Assembly: GCA_049706495.1 (NCBI GenBank)
Contig: JBNAKO010000030.1
Span: 40 to 64,039, forward strand
DNA length: 64,000 nucleotides
DNA from: Methanosarcina sp.
GTDB taxonomy: Archaea; Halobacteriota; Methanosarcinia; Methanosarcinales; Methanosarcinaceae
Direction of reading: 5' to 3'
Of this stretch, positions 51,473 through 62,205 are shown in pieces. The stretch's first letter is position 1. The number at the start of each line of letters is the position of its first letter. Under the pieces are notes generated by a model. That model did not search any database and was not told where the DNA came from. It saw only the letters and a list, made by a program, of their open reading frames with translations. The position numbers were made by a program, and so were the translations under genes.

Positions 51473-51674
51473 AAATTTTTCCTCCGCATAATAAAGGAAA
51501 AATAAATATTTCCTTATATATTTTTCTTGTAACAAATTTATTTATAAGGGGATTTCAAGGTATCTAATTTAATGGAAGTAATTTTCCAGCAGGATTTTTT
51601 AAAACTGAATAAAGCTTGAATGAAACATGCAATAAATTCATATTGCGCAAACCCCTATTTTAGAAGGGGTTCTG

Positions 51675-52862
51675 ATGGAAGAAACGCACTTTGTTTATAT
51701 GGATCATGCAGCCACCACATTTACAAAACCTGAAGTGGCTGAAGCTATGTTGCCTTTTTTAAAGGAACATTTTGGAAATCCTTCTTCATTATATTCGATA
51801 GGTAGAGAAGGAAAAGAAGCAATTGAAGTTTCTCGGGAAAAGGTCGCAAAAGCCCTCGGAGCCAAAGCTGAGGAAATATATTTCACTTCAGGAGGAACTG
51901 AATCCGATAATTGGGCTGTCAAAGGAACTGCTTTTGCAAAGAAAAAGCAAGGAAAGCATATTATCACTACACCAATTGAACATCATGCAGTGCTATATCC
52001 CTGTGAATACCTTGAAACCCAGGAGTTTGAGGTAACATATTTGCCTGTAGATGAGTATGGACTTGTAGACCCTTCGGATGTGGAAGCTGCAATAAGGCAG
52101 GATACAATTCTGGTTTCGGTTATGTATGCAAATAATGAAATCGGAACTATAGAGCCAATCCAGGAAATAGGAAAAGTTGCAAAGGAGCACAATATCTCTT
52201 TTCATACTGATGCCGTACAGGTTATAGGCACAGTCCCCCTTGACATGAAAAACACCCATAAAAATGTGGATATGCTCTCCCTTTCTTCGCATAAATTCTA
52301 CGGGCCAAAAGGAACCGGAGTTCTTTATTTAAGAGAAGGGACCGAAATTGATAATTTTATGCATGGAGGAGCTCAGGAAAGGGGAAAAAGGGCAGGAACT
52401 GAAAACGTAGCAGGCATTGTAGGAATGGGAAGAGCAATAGAACTTGCAACTTCAAATATTGAAGCCCATTCTCAGAAAATAAAGAAAATGCGAGACCGTC
52501 TGTTCTCTGGAATTATGGAAATTCCTAATATCAGGTTTAACGGGCATCCGGAAAAGCGCCTCCCGGGCAACATCAATGTTAGTTTTGAATATATAGAAGC
52601 AGACTCTTTGCTGCTTATGCTGGACCAGATGGGAGTCTGCTGCTCTACAGGTAGTGCCTGCTCTTCCGGTTCTCTTGACCCTTCGCATGTACTTAGGGCA
52701 ATAGGGGTACCTCCGGAGATAGCCCAGGGCTCACTACGCTTAACTCTGGGGGATGCAAACTCCGAAGAGGATATAGACTATGTCCTTAAAGTCCTGCCTG
52801 AAACTGTAGAAAGATTAAGATCCATGTCTCCATTCTATAAGCCCGGGTCTGTTTGTAAATAA
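51675..52862 (+). CDS. iscS: Cysteine desulfurase IscS/NifS
   Basis: YMDHAATT, FTSGGTESDN, NNEIGT, HTDAVQ, SSHKFYGPKG (PLP Lys) and STGSAC (catalytic Cys) motifs. Confidence 0.96.
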   Translation: MEETHFVYMDHAATTFTKPEVAEAMLPFLKEHFGNPSSLYSIGREGKEAIEVSREKVAKALGAKAEEIYFTSGGTESDNWAVKGTAFAKKKQGKHIITTPIEHHAVLYPCEYLETQEFEVTYLPVDEYGLVDPSDVEAAIRQDTILVSVMYANNEIGTIEPIQEIGKVAKEHNISFHTDAVQVIGTVPLDMKNTHKNVDMLSLSSHKFYGPKGTGVLYLREGTEIDNFMHGGAQERGKRAGTENVAGIVGMGRAIELATSNIEAHSQKIKKMRDRLFSGIMEIPNIRFNGHPEKRLPGNINVSFEYIEADSLLLMLDQMGVCCSTGSACSSGSLDPSHVLRAIGVPPEIAQGSLRLTLGDANSEEDIDYVLKVLPETVERLRSMSPFYKPGSVCK

Positions 52863-53093
52863 TTAAAAAACAAGCAAAGTTAAAAGAAATAACCATCTTA
52901 AAAAGATAAAACCGAGAATAATGAATAAACTGGCACAAAGCCAGAAGAAGATAAAAAAGAGAAGATAAAAAGAAGATAAAAAAGAGAAAGTAAAAAATAA
53001 AAATATAGAAAAATATCAATAAAAAAGTATAAAGGTTGCAGCTTATTAATGCGATATAATTTGAAATCAGATAATATCTAAAGGGGGATATTT

Positions 53094-53477
53094 GTGTATA
53101 ATAAAAAAGTAATGGATCATTTTATGAACCCAAGAAATGTGGGAGAGATTGAAAATGCTGACGGTATTGGAGAAGCTGGAAATCCTCATGGGGATCAAAT
53201 GAAAATTTTCCTGAAGATTCAGGATGACCGCATTGCAGATGTAAAATTTAAAACCTTTGGGTGCGCAGCTGCAATAGCATCAAGCAGCATGGCCACTGAA
53301 ATGATAAAAGGTAAAACCCTTAAAGAAGCCTGGGAGCTTACGAATGAAGCTGTGGCTGAAGCTCTGGAAGGCCTTCCCCCTGGAAAATTAGAGTGTTCGG
53401 TTGTATCAAGAGAAGCTATCCATATGGCAATAAATGAATATCGCAAAAAACAGGGCCTTGAACCTTTTGAAGAGTAA
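53094..53477 (+). CDS. iscU: Fe-S scaffold IscU/NifU-N, variant with His in place of the first Cys
   Basis: YNKKVMDHFMNPRNVG, GNPHGD, FKTFGCAAAIASSS and LPPGKLECS motifs. Confidence 0.93.
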   Translation: MYNKKVMDHFMNPRNVGEIENADGIGEAGNPHGDQMKIFLKIQDDRIADVKFKTFGCAAAIASSSMATEMIKGKTLKEAWELTNEAVAEALEGLPPGKLECSVVSREAIHMAINEYRKKQGLEPFEE

Positions 53478-53654
53478 ATTAGAAAAGTAAAAATTAAAGT
53501 AAAATAAATAAAGATAAAATCTCACGAGAAATTATCAAATCCTGTACACAGACTATTTATAAAATCCATATCAAAGAACTTCTTTCAGTCTGCAGAAGAG
53601 GCTCAGAAAAATCCATATCGTAAAGTTGATCTGAGCTTCTTCTGATGATACTGC

Positions 53655-54650
53655 ATGAAAAAAATAGGAATTGCAGTTACTGATCCCCTTGACTGGACAG
53701 CCCAGGCCCTTTTAAACGCAGCAAAAGAAAAAGGCTTTTTTCCTTATATTCTGGATCTCAGAAATGCAGTTGTCAATATAAACCCAGCTTCAGGACAAAA
53801 TATCAATTTTAGAGCAGATGAACTTTCTCTTCCGAGTCTTGACGCTATTATTGTAAGAGACGTCGGAGCAGGGGCATTTGAGGGTGTTTCTTTCAGATTT
53901 GATATTCTCAGAGAACTTGAAGCCGAGGGTGTTCCTATTATAAATTCTCCGCAGGCTATCCAGAATGCTGCGAATAAATATCATGCTTCCTATTTGCTGG
54001 CTAAAGCCGATCTACCTGTTCCTGAAACTATTGCTGTACAGGACCTTGAAACTACCCTGAAAGTAATTTCAAGGCTGAGAGACTGTGTTATAAAACCTGT
54101 TTTTGGATACAAAGGCAAAGACATTTTAAGAGTAAAAAATGGAAATGTGCAGTTTTCAGATAAAAAAACTGAAGCTGCTCTACCTTTTGAAGTAACTCTG
54201 GAAAAATTACTTGAAGAAAAAGGAATGCTTTACATTCAAGAGTTTATAGAAAATCCGGGAAGAGATATTAGAGTGTTTGTTGTAGGCGGGAACGCAATTG
54301 GGGCCATTTACCGAAAAGCAACAGCAGGATCCTGGGTAAATAACCTCAGTCAGGGAGGAACTGCAGACCGCTGTGTGCTTACAAAGGCTCAGAAAGAGCT
54401 TGCGGAAAAAGCTTCAAAGGCAATAGGTACAGTGTTTGCAGGTGTGGATATTATAGAACTGACTCTGGATACTTCCGAAAATTTAAATGAAGAAAACTTA
54501 AATGAAAAAGTCCCCGAATTTTCTGAAAAACAGGAAAAAGATTCAAAAATTCTTGAAGTTAATGGGACTCCCTCAGGAAAAGGAATCTTTGATTCCTGGG
54601 GAATAAACCCTGCAGAATATATCTTAGAACATTTACAAGACAGTTTATGA
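53655..54650 (+). CDS. mptN: Tetrahydromethanopterin:alpha-L-glutamate ligase (RimK-type ATP-grasp)
   Basis: [36 protein letters not shown]...[16 protein letters not shown] and LEVNGTP motifs. Confidence 0.82.
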   Translation: MKKIGIAVTDPLDWTAQALLNAAKEKGFFPYILDLRNAVVNINPASGQNINFRADELSLPSLDAIIVRDVGAGAFEGVSFRFDILRELEAEGVPIINSPQAIQNAANKYHASYLLAKADLPVPETIAVQDLETTLKVISRLRDCVIKPVFGYKGKDILRVKNGNVQFSDKKTEAALPFEVTLEKLLEEKGMLYIQEFIENPGRDIRVFVVGGNAIGAIYRKATAGSWVNNLSQGGTADRCVLTKAQKELAEKASKAIGTVFAGVDIIELTLDTSENLNEENLNEKVPEFSEKQEKDSKILEVNGTPSGKGIFDSWGINPAEYILEHLQDSL

Positions 54651-54905
54651 AATAACTATAAGTTGGAGAAGAGAGTATAATTTATTTTATTAAGTTCGGG
54701 ATAAAGCTCTAATTAATAGAACTGAAGTGTTAAAAATTAAAATACCAAAAATATAAACCTAAAATATAATCCGGGATCTTTATAAAAATTAAAAATTCCT
54801 GAACAGACGCCCTGAGCATATCGATTGAAAAAAGTATTGGTTTAAGCTGATAGCACGGAAAAGCTTTAAGATATAGTTGAGGCTTGAATAAACTCGAGGC
54901 AAAGG

Positions 54906-55253
54906 ATGAGCGAATATAAACAATGTATAGTTACGCGCGATGACCTGAAACTTTCTAAAGGTAAATTTGCAGTCCAGGTCGCTCATGCGGCAATTTCCGC
55001 CGCAGAATGGGCAAGTAAGGGAGACCTTGAGAAATGGAAAGCAGGTGGGCAAAAGAAAATAGTACTCAGGGTCCCAACCCTTAAAGAGCTTTACGAACTT
55101 AAGGAAAAAGCAAGGCGAGAAGGTCTGCCTACAGCTCTAATACAGGATGCGGGCCTTACTGAGATCACGCCTGGAACGGTTACAGTTCTTGGGATTGGCC
55201 CTGCCAGAGAAGAACTTATAGACAGGATCACAAAAGATCTTAAACTTGTCTGA
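54906..55253 (+). CDS. pth2: Peptidyl-tRNA hydrolase 2
   Basis: [29 protein letters not shown] and IQDAGLTE...TVLGIGP motifs. Confidence 0.97.
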   Translation: MSEYKQCIVTRDDLKLSKGKFAVQVAHAAISAAEWASKGDLEKWKAGGQKKIVLRVPTLKELYELKEKARREGLPTALIQDAGLTEITPGTVTVLGIGPAREELIDRITKDLKLV

Positions 55254-55448
55254 GTTCAAAAACTCCAAAAACTTTTTGCTAAACTTAATGTATCATAAAA
55301 ATTTGGAATTAGTAATTAGCTAAAACAGAATAAAAATACAATTTAAGTTTAGAATTAAAACGAAAGTAAGCAGAGAGAATCTGCTCTTTCATCAGTCAAA
55401 AACGAATAGACTGTTAAAGTTTTGCAGAATCTAACCAGGGGGGGACAG

Positions 55449-56681
55449 ATGAAAGAATCGAGGATTTCACAGAGAAAAACAATAACATTTGTCGTAATTT
55501 TAAGTATATGTTTTTTACTGGTTACAATGGGTGGATCTTTATCGGATTCATTTAAGGATTTTACAAAAGAAATGAAGGGATATTTTGGCTTTGGGCTCAA
55601 AGTCCAGGAAGGAGTTTATAAACCCGAGCCGGATTCACTCACTTTTCCTTCAATACCAGCTTATACCCCTAAGAAAAACGAACCTACCCCTGTATTAAGA
55701 ACCCCATTAGAACCCGGGTTTTCTCTAAGCAGCACCTATAAGGCCTCCCAGTTTTACCAGGGTGGATTAACTTACATCAAAATAAGTATTAAAAACGAAG
55801 GCAGAAACCCTATTTTTATTGATAGGTACGGAGTTTCGGTTAATGCTTCAAAAAATCATGTTTATTCTAAGGATTCCGGAGTCCTTATCCTTCCAGAAAA
55901 GGAAAAAAGCCTTGGCGTGATCTCAGTTCAAATTCCTGAAGAAAAAAGAGCCGATTTTAAAATCATCCTCTGGCTTCTTGCCTCAACCTCAGAAGGAAAA
56001 TGGCATGAATATAAGCCATATTTCCTGAATGGGTTTAGCGCTGATTTAAAGCCAATGCCCGAGCAAATTAGTCCGAAGTACAAATATAACCCATCTTACT
56101 ACTTTAAAACCGTAAATTCCCTTGTAAAGCCAGCCGAGCCTGAAGTCCGGCGCAGAGCTGCCGAGATAGCCCGCTCTTATCCCGGGGCCTATAATATTTA
56201 TCAGGTGTGCGAGATCTTTGAAACGGTTAAAGAAGACGTTGAATATGTCAGTGACCCGCGGGGAAATGATATGTGGGAGCCTCCAAACGTAACCCTGCAA
56301 ATAAAAGCAGGAGATTGTGAAGACCAGGCTATCCTCCTCTCCTCCATGATTGAAGCAATAGGAGGTACAACCCGGGTTTACCTGACAGACACTCATGCCT
56401 TTGCAGCAGTTTATATAGGAAATGAAACCAACGAGATAGAGGCCGCAATAAAAGGAGTTAGAGCGTATTACGGAAATGTCGATGTTAATTACCTGACAGA
56501 CGAGTATGGTTCCTGGCTTATGCTCGACCCGACTTCAAGCCTTTATGTAGGCGGGCTTCCTGGACAAACAGCTCAGGCAAAAATTCAAATGAACGAAGAA
56601 AATAAAACATACAGGAGCTGGACTTTCGCCAATACTAGTGAGGTAGATGTCATTGATATCAACCCAAAGAAAAAGTCTTAA
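55449..56681 (+). CDS. Membrane-anchored/secreted transglutaminase-like cysteine protease domain protein
   Basis: N-terminal TM. Cys-His-Asp triad in GDCEDQAILL, THAF and WLMLDPT. Confidence 0.88.
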   Translation: MKESRISQRKTITFVVILSICFLLVTMGGSLSDSFKDFTKEMKGYFGFGLKVQEGVYKPEPDSLTFPSIPAYTPKKNEPTPVLRTPLEPGFSLSSTYKASQFYQGGLTYIKISIKNEGRNPIFIDRYGVSVNASKNHVYSKDSGVLILPEKEKSLGVISVQIPEEKRADFKIILWLLASTSEGKWHEYKPYFLNGFSADLKPMPEQISPKYKYNPSYYFKTVNSLVKPAEPEVRRRAAEIARSYPGAYNIYQVCEIFETVKEDVEYVSDPRGNDMWEPPNVTLQIKAGDCEDQAILLSSMIEAIGGTTRVYLTDTHAFAAVYIGNETNEIEAAIKGVRAYYGNVDVNYLTDEYGSWLMLDPTSSLYVGGLPGQTAQAKIQMNEENKTYRSWTFANTSEVDVIDINPKKKS

Positions 56682-57011
56682 TTTTTTCAATTAAGGTTTA
56701 ATGGCGCTAGAATTTTATAAATACCTGAAATAAAGGGCTGAATTCTTACTTTAATAAAAAATAATTATTTTTAGGTTTTTTCCCGCTCCACAGGATAGAG
56801 CTGTAAAAATTGTAACCTGGAGAGATAATTAAAGCAAATACAGTGCAGGGATAAAAAGAAGTTATATTTACTGCCTGTATGATTTTAGCTTTTCACTATT
56901 TGATTTAAGATTTTTAACACCTGTTACGGATTTTTGATGTTCTATTATATTACAAGTTATATTGTAATATATGTTAAATTACAGTTAGATGCTAAATCAG
57001 ACTCAAAATTT

Positions 57012-57062
57012 AAATTGATTCATACTTCAAATTGATTCGTACTTCAAAATTAATTCATACTC
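57012..57062. repeat. 17-bp direct repeat x3 upstream of truD
   Basis: aaattgattcatacttc / aaattgattcgtacttc / aaaattaattcatactc. Confidence 0.8.
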
Positions 57063-57106
57063 AAAAAACCCATGTATTTACCTTTATTGAGGAGTGTTTA
57101 CAATTT

Positions 57107-58423
57107 ATGGAAGTTCCCGAAATTGAAAATATAATCGGAATTAAACTTTATTCTACCACAAGTAATGGGCTTGGAGGGCAACTCCGCCAGGAAATAGAAG
57201 ACTTTGTTGTTAAAGAGATCACAAACAGGGAAGAAGGACAGGAAGGGAAATATCTTATTTTGGAACTCACAAAAAGGGACTGGGATACTCATCATCTGAC
57301 CCGGAGCCTTGCAAAAATCCTGCAAATAAGCCAGAAGCGAATCAGTGTTGCAGGCACAAAGGACAAACGAGCCCTTACAACCCAGAAAATCAGTATTTTT
57401 GATGTTGACGCTTCTGAAATTGAGAAAATTCATCTAAAAGACATTGATTTAAAAGTCCTGGGCCGCTCCCGGAAATCTGTAGAACTCGGGGACCTCTGGG
57501 GAAATGACTTCATAATTACAATTAGAAATATTGCCAGCCTTCCTGAAGAAACGGAAAAAGAACTTGAAAAAACCACAAATCAAATCCTTGCCCAGGGGGG
57601 AGTCCCGAATTTTTTTGGAATTCAGCGTTTCGGCTCTATCCGTCCTGTCACTCATCTGGTTGGAAAAGCCCTTGTTGAAGGAGATTTTGAAAAAGCTGCC
57701 CTCCTTTATATTGCCGAACCCTTTCCGGATGAGCCTGAAGAAACAAAAAAAGCCCGCCAGTATGTAAAAGAGACCCGGGATTTTAAGGAAGGCCTAAAAC
57801 TTTACCCTTTGCGCCTTGGGCATGAAAGAGCCATGATGAACCACCTTATAGCAAACCCTGAGGATTTTGCAGGAGCTTTTTTAGTTTTGCCAAAGAACCT
57901 TTACAAAATGTTTGTGCACGGCTATCAATCTTATATCTACAATATAATTCTCTGCCGAAGGATTGAAAAAGGGCTTCCCTTAAATCAAGCTATAGAAGGA
58001 GATATTGTTTGCTTTAAGAATGAAGCAGGCCTGCCTGACTCTTCAAAAACAGAAATGGTTACAGCCGAAAAGGTAGCTGCTATGAACCGCCTGCTCAAAA
58101 GAAAGAGGGCATTTATAACCGCGCCTCTTCCAGGCTATATCACCGAATTTGCTGCAGGGTTTCCGGGAGAAATTGAAAAAGAAGTTCTGAAAGAACTCAA
58201 CGTTTCACTACAGGGGTTTAACATCGAAAAAATTCCTGAAATGAGTTCAAAGGGAACCCGAAGGGAAATTCTCCTGCAGGTCGAACCTGAATTTAAGGTT
58301 TCGGAAGATGAGTTAAATCCGGGCAAATCAAAGGCTATCCTTGAATTCATGCTCCCAAAAGGAAGCTACGCAACAACCATTCTCAGGGAATATATGAAAG
58401 TAGATCCTTTGCAAATGAACTGA
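57107..58423 (+). CDS. truD: tRNA pseudouridine(13) synthase
   Basis: EDFVVKE, AGTKDKRALT (catalytic Asp), PNFFGIQRFG and LPKGSYAT motifs. GAGGAG SD. Confidence 0.97.
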   Translation: MEVPEIENIIGIKLYSTTSNGLGGQLRQEIEDFVVKEITNREEGQEGKYLILELTKRDWDTHHLTRSLAKILQISQKRISVAGTKDKRALTTQKISIFDVDASEIEKIHLKDIDLKVLGRSRKSVELGDLWGNDFIITIRNIASLPEETEKELEKTTNQILAQGGVPNFFGIQRFGSIRPVTHLVGKALVEGDFEKAALLYIAEPFPDEPEETKKARQYVKETRDFKEGLKLYPLRLGHERAMMNHLIANPEDFAGAFLVLPKNLYKMFVHGYQSYIYNIILCRRIEKGLPLNQAIEGDIVCFKNEAGLPDSSKTEMVTAEKVAAMNRLLKRKRAFITAPLPGYITEFAAGFPGEIEKEVLKELNVSLQGFNIEKIPEMSSKGTRREILLQVEPEFKVSEDELNPGKSKAILEFMLPKGSYATTILREYMKVDPLQMN

Positions 58424-58927
58424 GGACTAAAAAACCAGGTTTAAAGAGGAAAAAGTTAAGCTTTTTCAATTAATCCTTAATATTAATAACTGTAAGTATA
58501 CATTTTATTAATTCTTCATATTTTTCCACTAAAAAATAATTTCCGGAAAAGAAAAAATAAGTCATCTGAGACACAAATCTAAATAACTTAGCTATCCATT
58601 GATAAATTAAAAATTAAGCAGTTAATAAGTTTGTTTCAAAATCAATTTTTACCCCAAATTTATTAGAGTTTCAGAATAACTTTCCGGATTATTTGCCCGG
58701 ATAATTATTTTAAATTAAAATATAAAGTGTTGATTTTGTGTTTAAAGCTTGTTTAATAAACGCGCTTTGTAGAAATTTTACTTAAATCTTGATTAAGAGA
58801 TCTTAGTGAATGAAATAAAGTGTATTAGATTACATAGTTGGATTAGTAAATTTGTTAGTTCAGGAGGATTTATATAAATTAATAAAGTAAAAATTTAGAT
58901 TTACAAAATATAATAAATAGAAAATTC

Positions 58928-60249
58928 TTAATCAGATTTTTTCGATTTATTAAGATAAATTGCTGCAGTCAATGTGATTAAGAATGTACAAAGAACCTCA
59001 AAACCTGAAAGAGTTCTGTATTTTGATAAATTATCAGTAGTCTTGTTGGTTTCATTTTGACTCTCCGTTTTTCCGATTGTTCCTAATTTTTCAGACCCTA
59101 CTTCAACATTTTCAGGTGTTTTTTCTTCGATTGCTATATCGTTCTGGAAAAATCCTGTATAGTGGAATCTAATCGGTACATCATTAATTCTAATTTCTTT
59201 TCCTGAATTATTAAAAACATTATAAATGCCATCAAGTGTTGAATTATTTATTTTGGAACTTTCAAGGATCCCTACTTCTATACAATTGCTAATTCCCCAT
59301 CCGTAGCTGATAACTGCTCCCTGAGGATACATGTAAGAGTCCATATAATCTCTTGACAGTGTACAAATTTTATCGAGTTGACGTACCATTCCCGCCTCTG
59401 ATCCTCGATATAAAATTCCCGTTCTTTTCCATAAATTCCTATTAAGGTGTTTTTTTGCTTATTTTCAATTGATTCAATACTCAACTTCGCAAATGTACGC
59501 ACGCCTTCATTTTCATCATTTAGAGCTTCTGAAAGAGGTTTGATTGCCCTTTTATCTCCAATTTTTCCAAGAGCTTCAGCAGCACGTATCCTGACTTCAG
59601 GATCTTCATCACACAACAGCTTAATTAAAGGCTCTACAGCAGGTTCACCCATCTGACCTAAAGAATAACCTAAATCCGCTTGAAGTTCCGGATTCCCATT
59701 TTTTAGAGCAATAATCATAGGTTGGATTGCGCTTTCATCTTTAATTCCAGCAAGAACAGAAATTACCCTGGTTTGTAAAAAAAAGTATTCGTTTTTATTT
59801 TATAAAATTTCAATAAGAGGCTTTACGGTGGGCTTTCCAATTTCGATAAGAGCATTAGTTGCAGCACTTTCAACTTCCCATACTTCGTCAGTGAGCAATT
59901 TAATCAATGGTTAGATAGCTCTTTCATCTTTAATTTTACCAAGATTAATAGCTGCATTCTCTCTAGTATCTGGATCCTTTGATTTAAGTGCCTGGATTAA
60001 AGGTTTAACTGCAGGGTCTCCAATTTCAACCAAACTTTTTACTGAATTTACCTTAATATCTATACTAGGAGAATTGAGATCCTCTATTAAAATTTCGATA
60101 TCTTGAGCGCTTGAAGCTGCTCCAGCAATATAATTTCCGGAAAATAAGATAATTTGGAAAATAAAAATAAGTTGAAGCACTGTTAATATAAAAGCTGTTA
60201 AAAAAATACCTAATTTACAGAATTTCATTCCTAAAGCCTCACTAATCAA
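58928..60249 (-). pseudogene. Secreted HEAT/PBS-lyase repeat surface protein with PGF-CTERM-like tail, inactivated
   Basis: The track ORFs 59911-60249 and 59278-59718 share one frame broken by TAA at 59911-59913 and ~59800. A frameshift near 59385 leads into 58928-59389, which ends LSGF-TM-KSKK. Confidence 0.85.
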
Positions 60250-60269
60250 ATTAAGATTTCCAGAACCTT

Positions 60270-60815
60270 TTATTCAGTTATTATTTCGGGGTTAAGGACT
60301 GCAAGTCTCCTTACTTCCTCTACAGGAAGAAAATAACCGTTAAAACTATCTAGTTTGGGGTTTTCTGGATCTACATTATATTTTTGAATATACTCCTGTC
60401 TTGCCTTTTCAGTAATATTTGCCATTTCTTGCTCGCTTATTGAAACATCATAGTCTCTTCCCTTCTTTAGATCCTCAGGAGGATTTCCTGTACCTGTGAC
60501 AGCTACTCTTTGTTTTCCATCTAATATAGTACCCTCGAGATAATTAGGAAGTTCCCCTTTTGCAAATTTGAGGTCGTTTTCGGTAATATTATATTTATTA
60601 TATAGTGCTTGGAGTTCTTCATCAGTATAATTTAAATCATCAATTGTATCATCGATTTCTGCCTCATTATTTTTAATATAAAACTCCCTTTCTGGGGAGG
60701 TATTGTCGGAAAAGGATTCATTTATAAGAGTAGAATTCGGGCTGTTCGGATAAAGAAAACCCAAGAAACCAATTGTAGAAACGAAGAATATTACTACAAT
60801 CCATATTTTATTCAT
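60270..60815 (-). CDS. Membrane-anchored/secreted hypothetical protein
   Basis: N-terminal TM. Acidic domain with PEREFYI, a motif also seen in the downstream pseudogene (KEREFYI). Confidence 0.8.
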   Translation of the reverse strand: MNKIWIVVIFFVSTIGFLGFLYPNSPNSTLINESFSDNTSPEREFYIKNNEAEIDDTIDDLNYTDEELQALYNKYNITENDLKFAKGELPNYLEGTILDGKQRVAVTGTGNPPEDLKKGRDYDVSISEQEMANITEKARQEYIQKYNVDPENPKLDSFNGYFLPVEEVRRLAVLNPEIITE

Positions 60816-61060
60816 CTTATGACCTGCAAATTTTGTAAAGTTATTAAAAAACTATAAGAAAATTTTCTTTTTTATATATACTCTTTTTTTACTTAGGGTA
60901 TGAAATTTAACTCTCAATTTGTAAGATTATAAATATGACCCTCTAACATTATAATTACAGAACGTCGAAAGTTAAGTAGAACTTATCACAAATTTTTTAG
61001 AAAAGATTCTAATTTAAAAAAAGTTTTAATTTAAAAATAAAAAAGCTTAAAATTTTTCTT

Positions 61061-61076
61061 GGCCGGAATTCCGGCC
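61061..61076. terminator. 16-bp perfect GC palindrome downstream of the DUF4013 gene
   Basis: GGCCGGAATTCCGGCC, 20 nt after the minus-strand stop and followed by T-rich sequence on that strand. Confidence 0.4.
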
Positions 61077-61095
61077 TTGAATTAAAGCATTCAGA

Positions 61096-61707
61096 TTAGA
61101 CCATTAAAGGGTCACTCGACTGAGTTTTAATTGCAACCGTATGTTTTTGTGCAATAAATTTGCCATAAAAGTTTGCTATAAAAATTGAGCTTGTAAAGTA
61201 AAAAGCTGGTATACCTATAATTAATAATGAGAGAATTGCAAAAATTATTGAGAGAACTATCTGTTTTATTACTGTTGTAATATATTCTCCTAGATTATCT
61301 CTGGCAACATTCAGGACATCAAACTCAAAGAAAGAGCTAATTGTCTGTTTTCTGAAAAAGTTGACTGCAAGGAGAGGCACTATAAACATTGCGAGCAACT
61401 GGATAAGAGATCCAAGAGTATCATTGAGATAAATTACAGCAGATAGTATGAGGAAATAAACTACATAAAATGGAAGAGCCTTAACAAACATTGCTATTCC
61501 CAGTTTCAGGTCTTCTATTATCTCAAGTTTTATAAGTCCATTATAATTGCCATCAATAAACTCATTAACCAGCCTTACAACATATCCAAAAAGGATCAGC
61601 CAGCCCAAAATAGGGATAAGCAACCACAATGCATACAAAAGTCTTAATGGTTCCTTAAAGGGAAATTTAAGTGCGTCTGAAAAACTTATAGTTTCTATAA
61701 AAATCAC
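61096..61707 (-). CDS. DUF4013 family membrane protein
   Basis: DALKFPF...LIPILGWLILFGYVVRL pattern with multiple TM helices. Confidence 0.85.
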   Translation of the reverse strand: MIFIETISFSDALKFPFKEPLRLLYALWLLIPILGWLILFGYVVRLVNEFIDGNYNGLIKLEIIEDLKLGIAMFVKALPFYVVYFLILSAVIYLNDTLGSLIQLLAMFIVPLLAVNFFRKQTISSFFEFDVLNVARDNLGEYITTVIKQIVLSIIFAILSLLIIGIPAFYFTSSIFIANFYGKFIAQKHTVAIKTQSSDPLMV

Positions 61708-62070
61708 CAGAGTTAAATCAGACTTTCAAATATATGAAACTTTGTAAAAATAAAACCAAAGAAATGCATAAAAAATTAAAGAATAAATTAAAAATAGAGA
61801 TTTTACTGAAAATAGAGAAAATATTCGAAAATTATCCCTGTCCTAAAATCATCTTCTACTTAAATAATAGAAAAGGAAGTTAAAATATCTATAATAAATA
61901 ATTAACAAATAATACGCAGAAAAGATACTAATTTTACATATATAAGGGTCCAGATTTCTCCAAAGAGTCTAAAACCTTTAGCCGATTTTAACTTTAAAAG
62001 AAATTTTTCGGGCCAGGTTTCTCTTTCCCGGGCCCTTCAAAGAACTTAAAGCAATTAAAATAAAAAAGGG

Positions 62071-62205
62071 TTATTTTTTCTTCTTTTCCTTTGCAAGCTT
62101 CTTTTTTGCATCCTTACTGCCTGCAGAAGCCATTTTTTCCAGTTCGTCCATTTTTTCTTTCTTAACGGCCTTTTTCTTATCCATATCTTTTTTAGACATT
62201 GCCAT
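62071..62205 (-). CDS. 44-aa lysine-rich small protein (not in ORF track)
   Basis: Hand translation gives MAMSKKDMDKKKAVKKEKMDELEKMASAGSKDAKKKLAKEKKKK*. GAAGGT SD upstream and a T-run after the stop. Confidence 0.7.
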   Translation of the reverse strand: MAMSKKDMDKKKAVKKEKMDELEKMASAGSKDAKKKLAKEKKKK

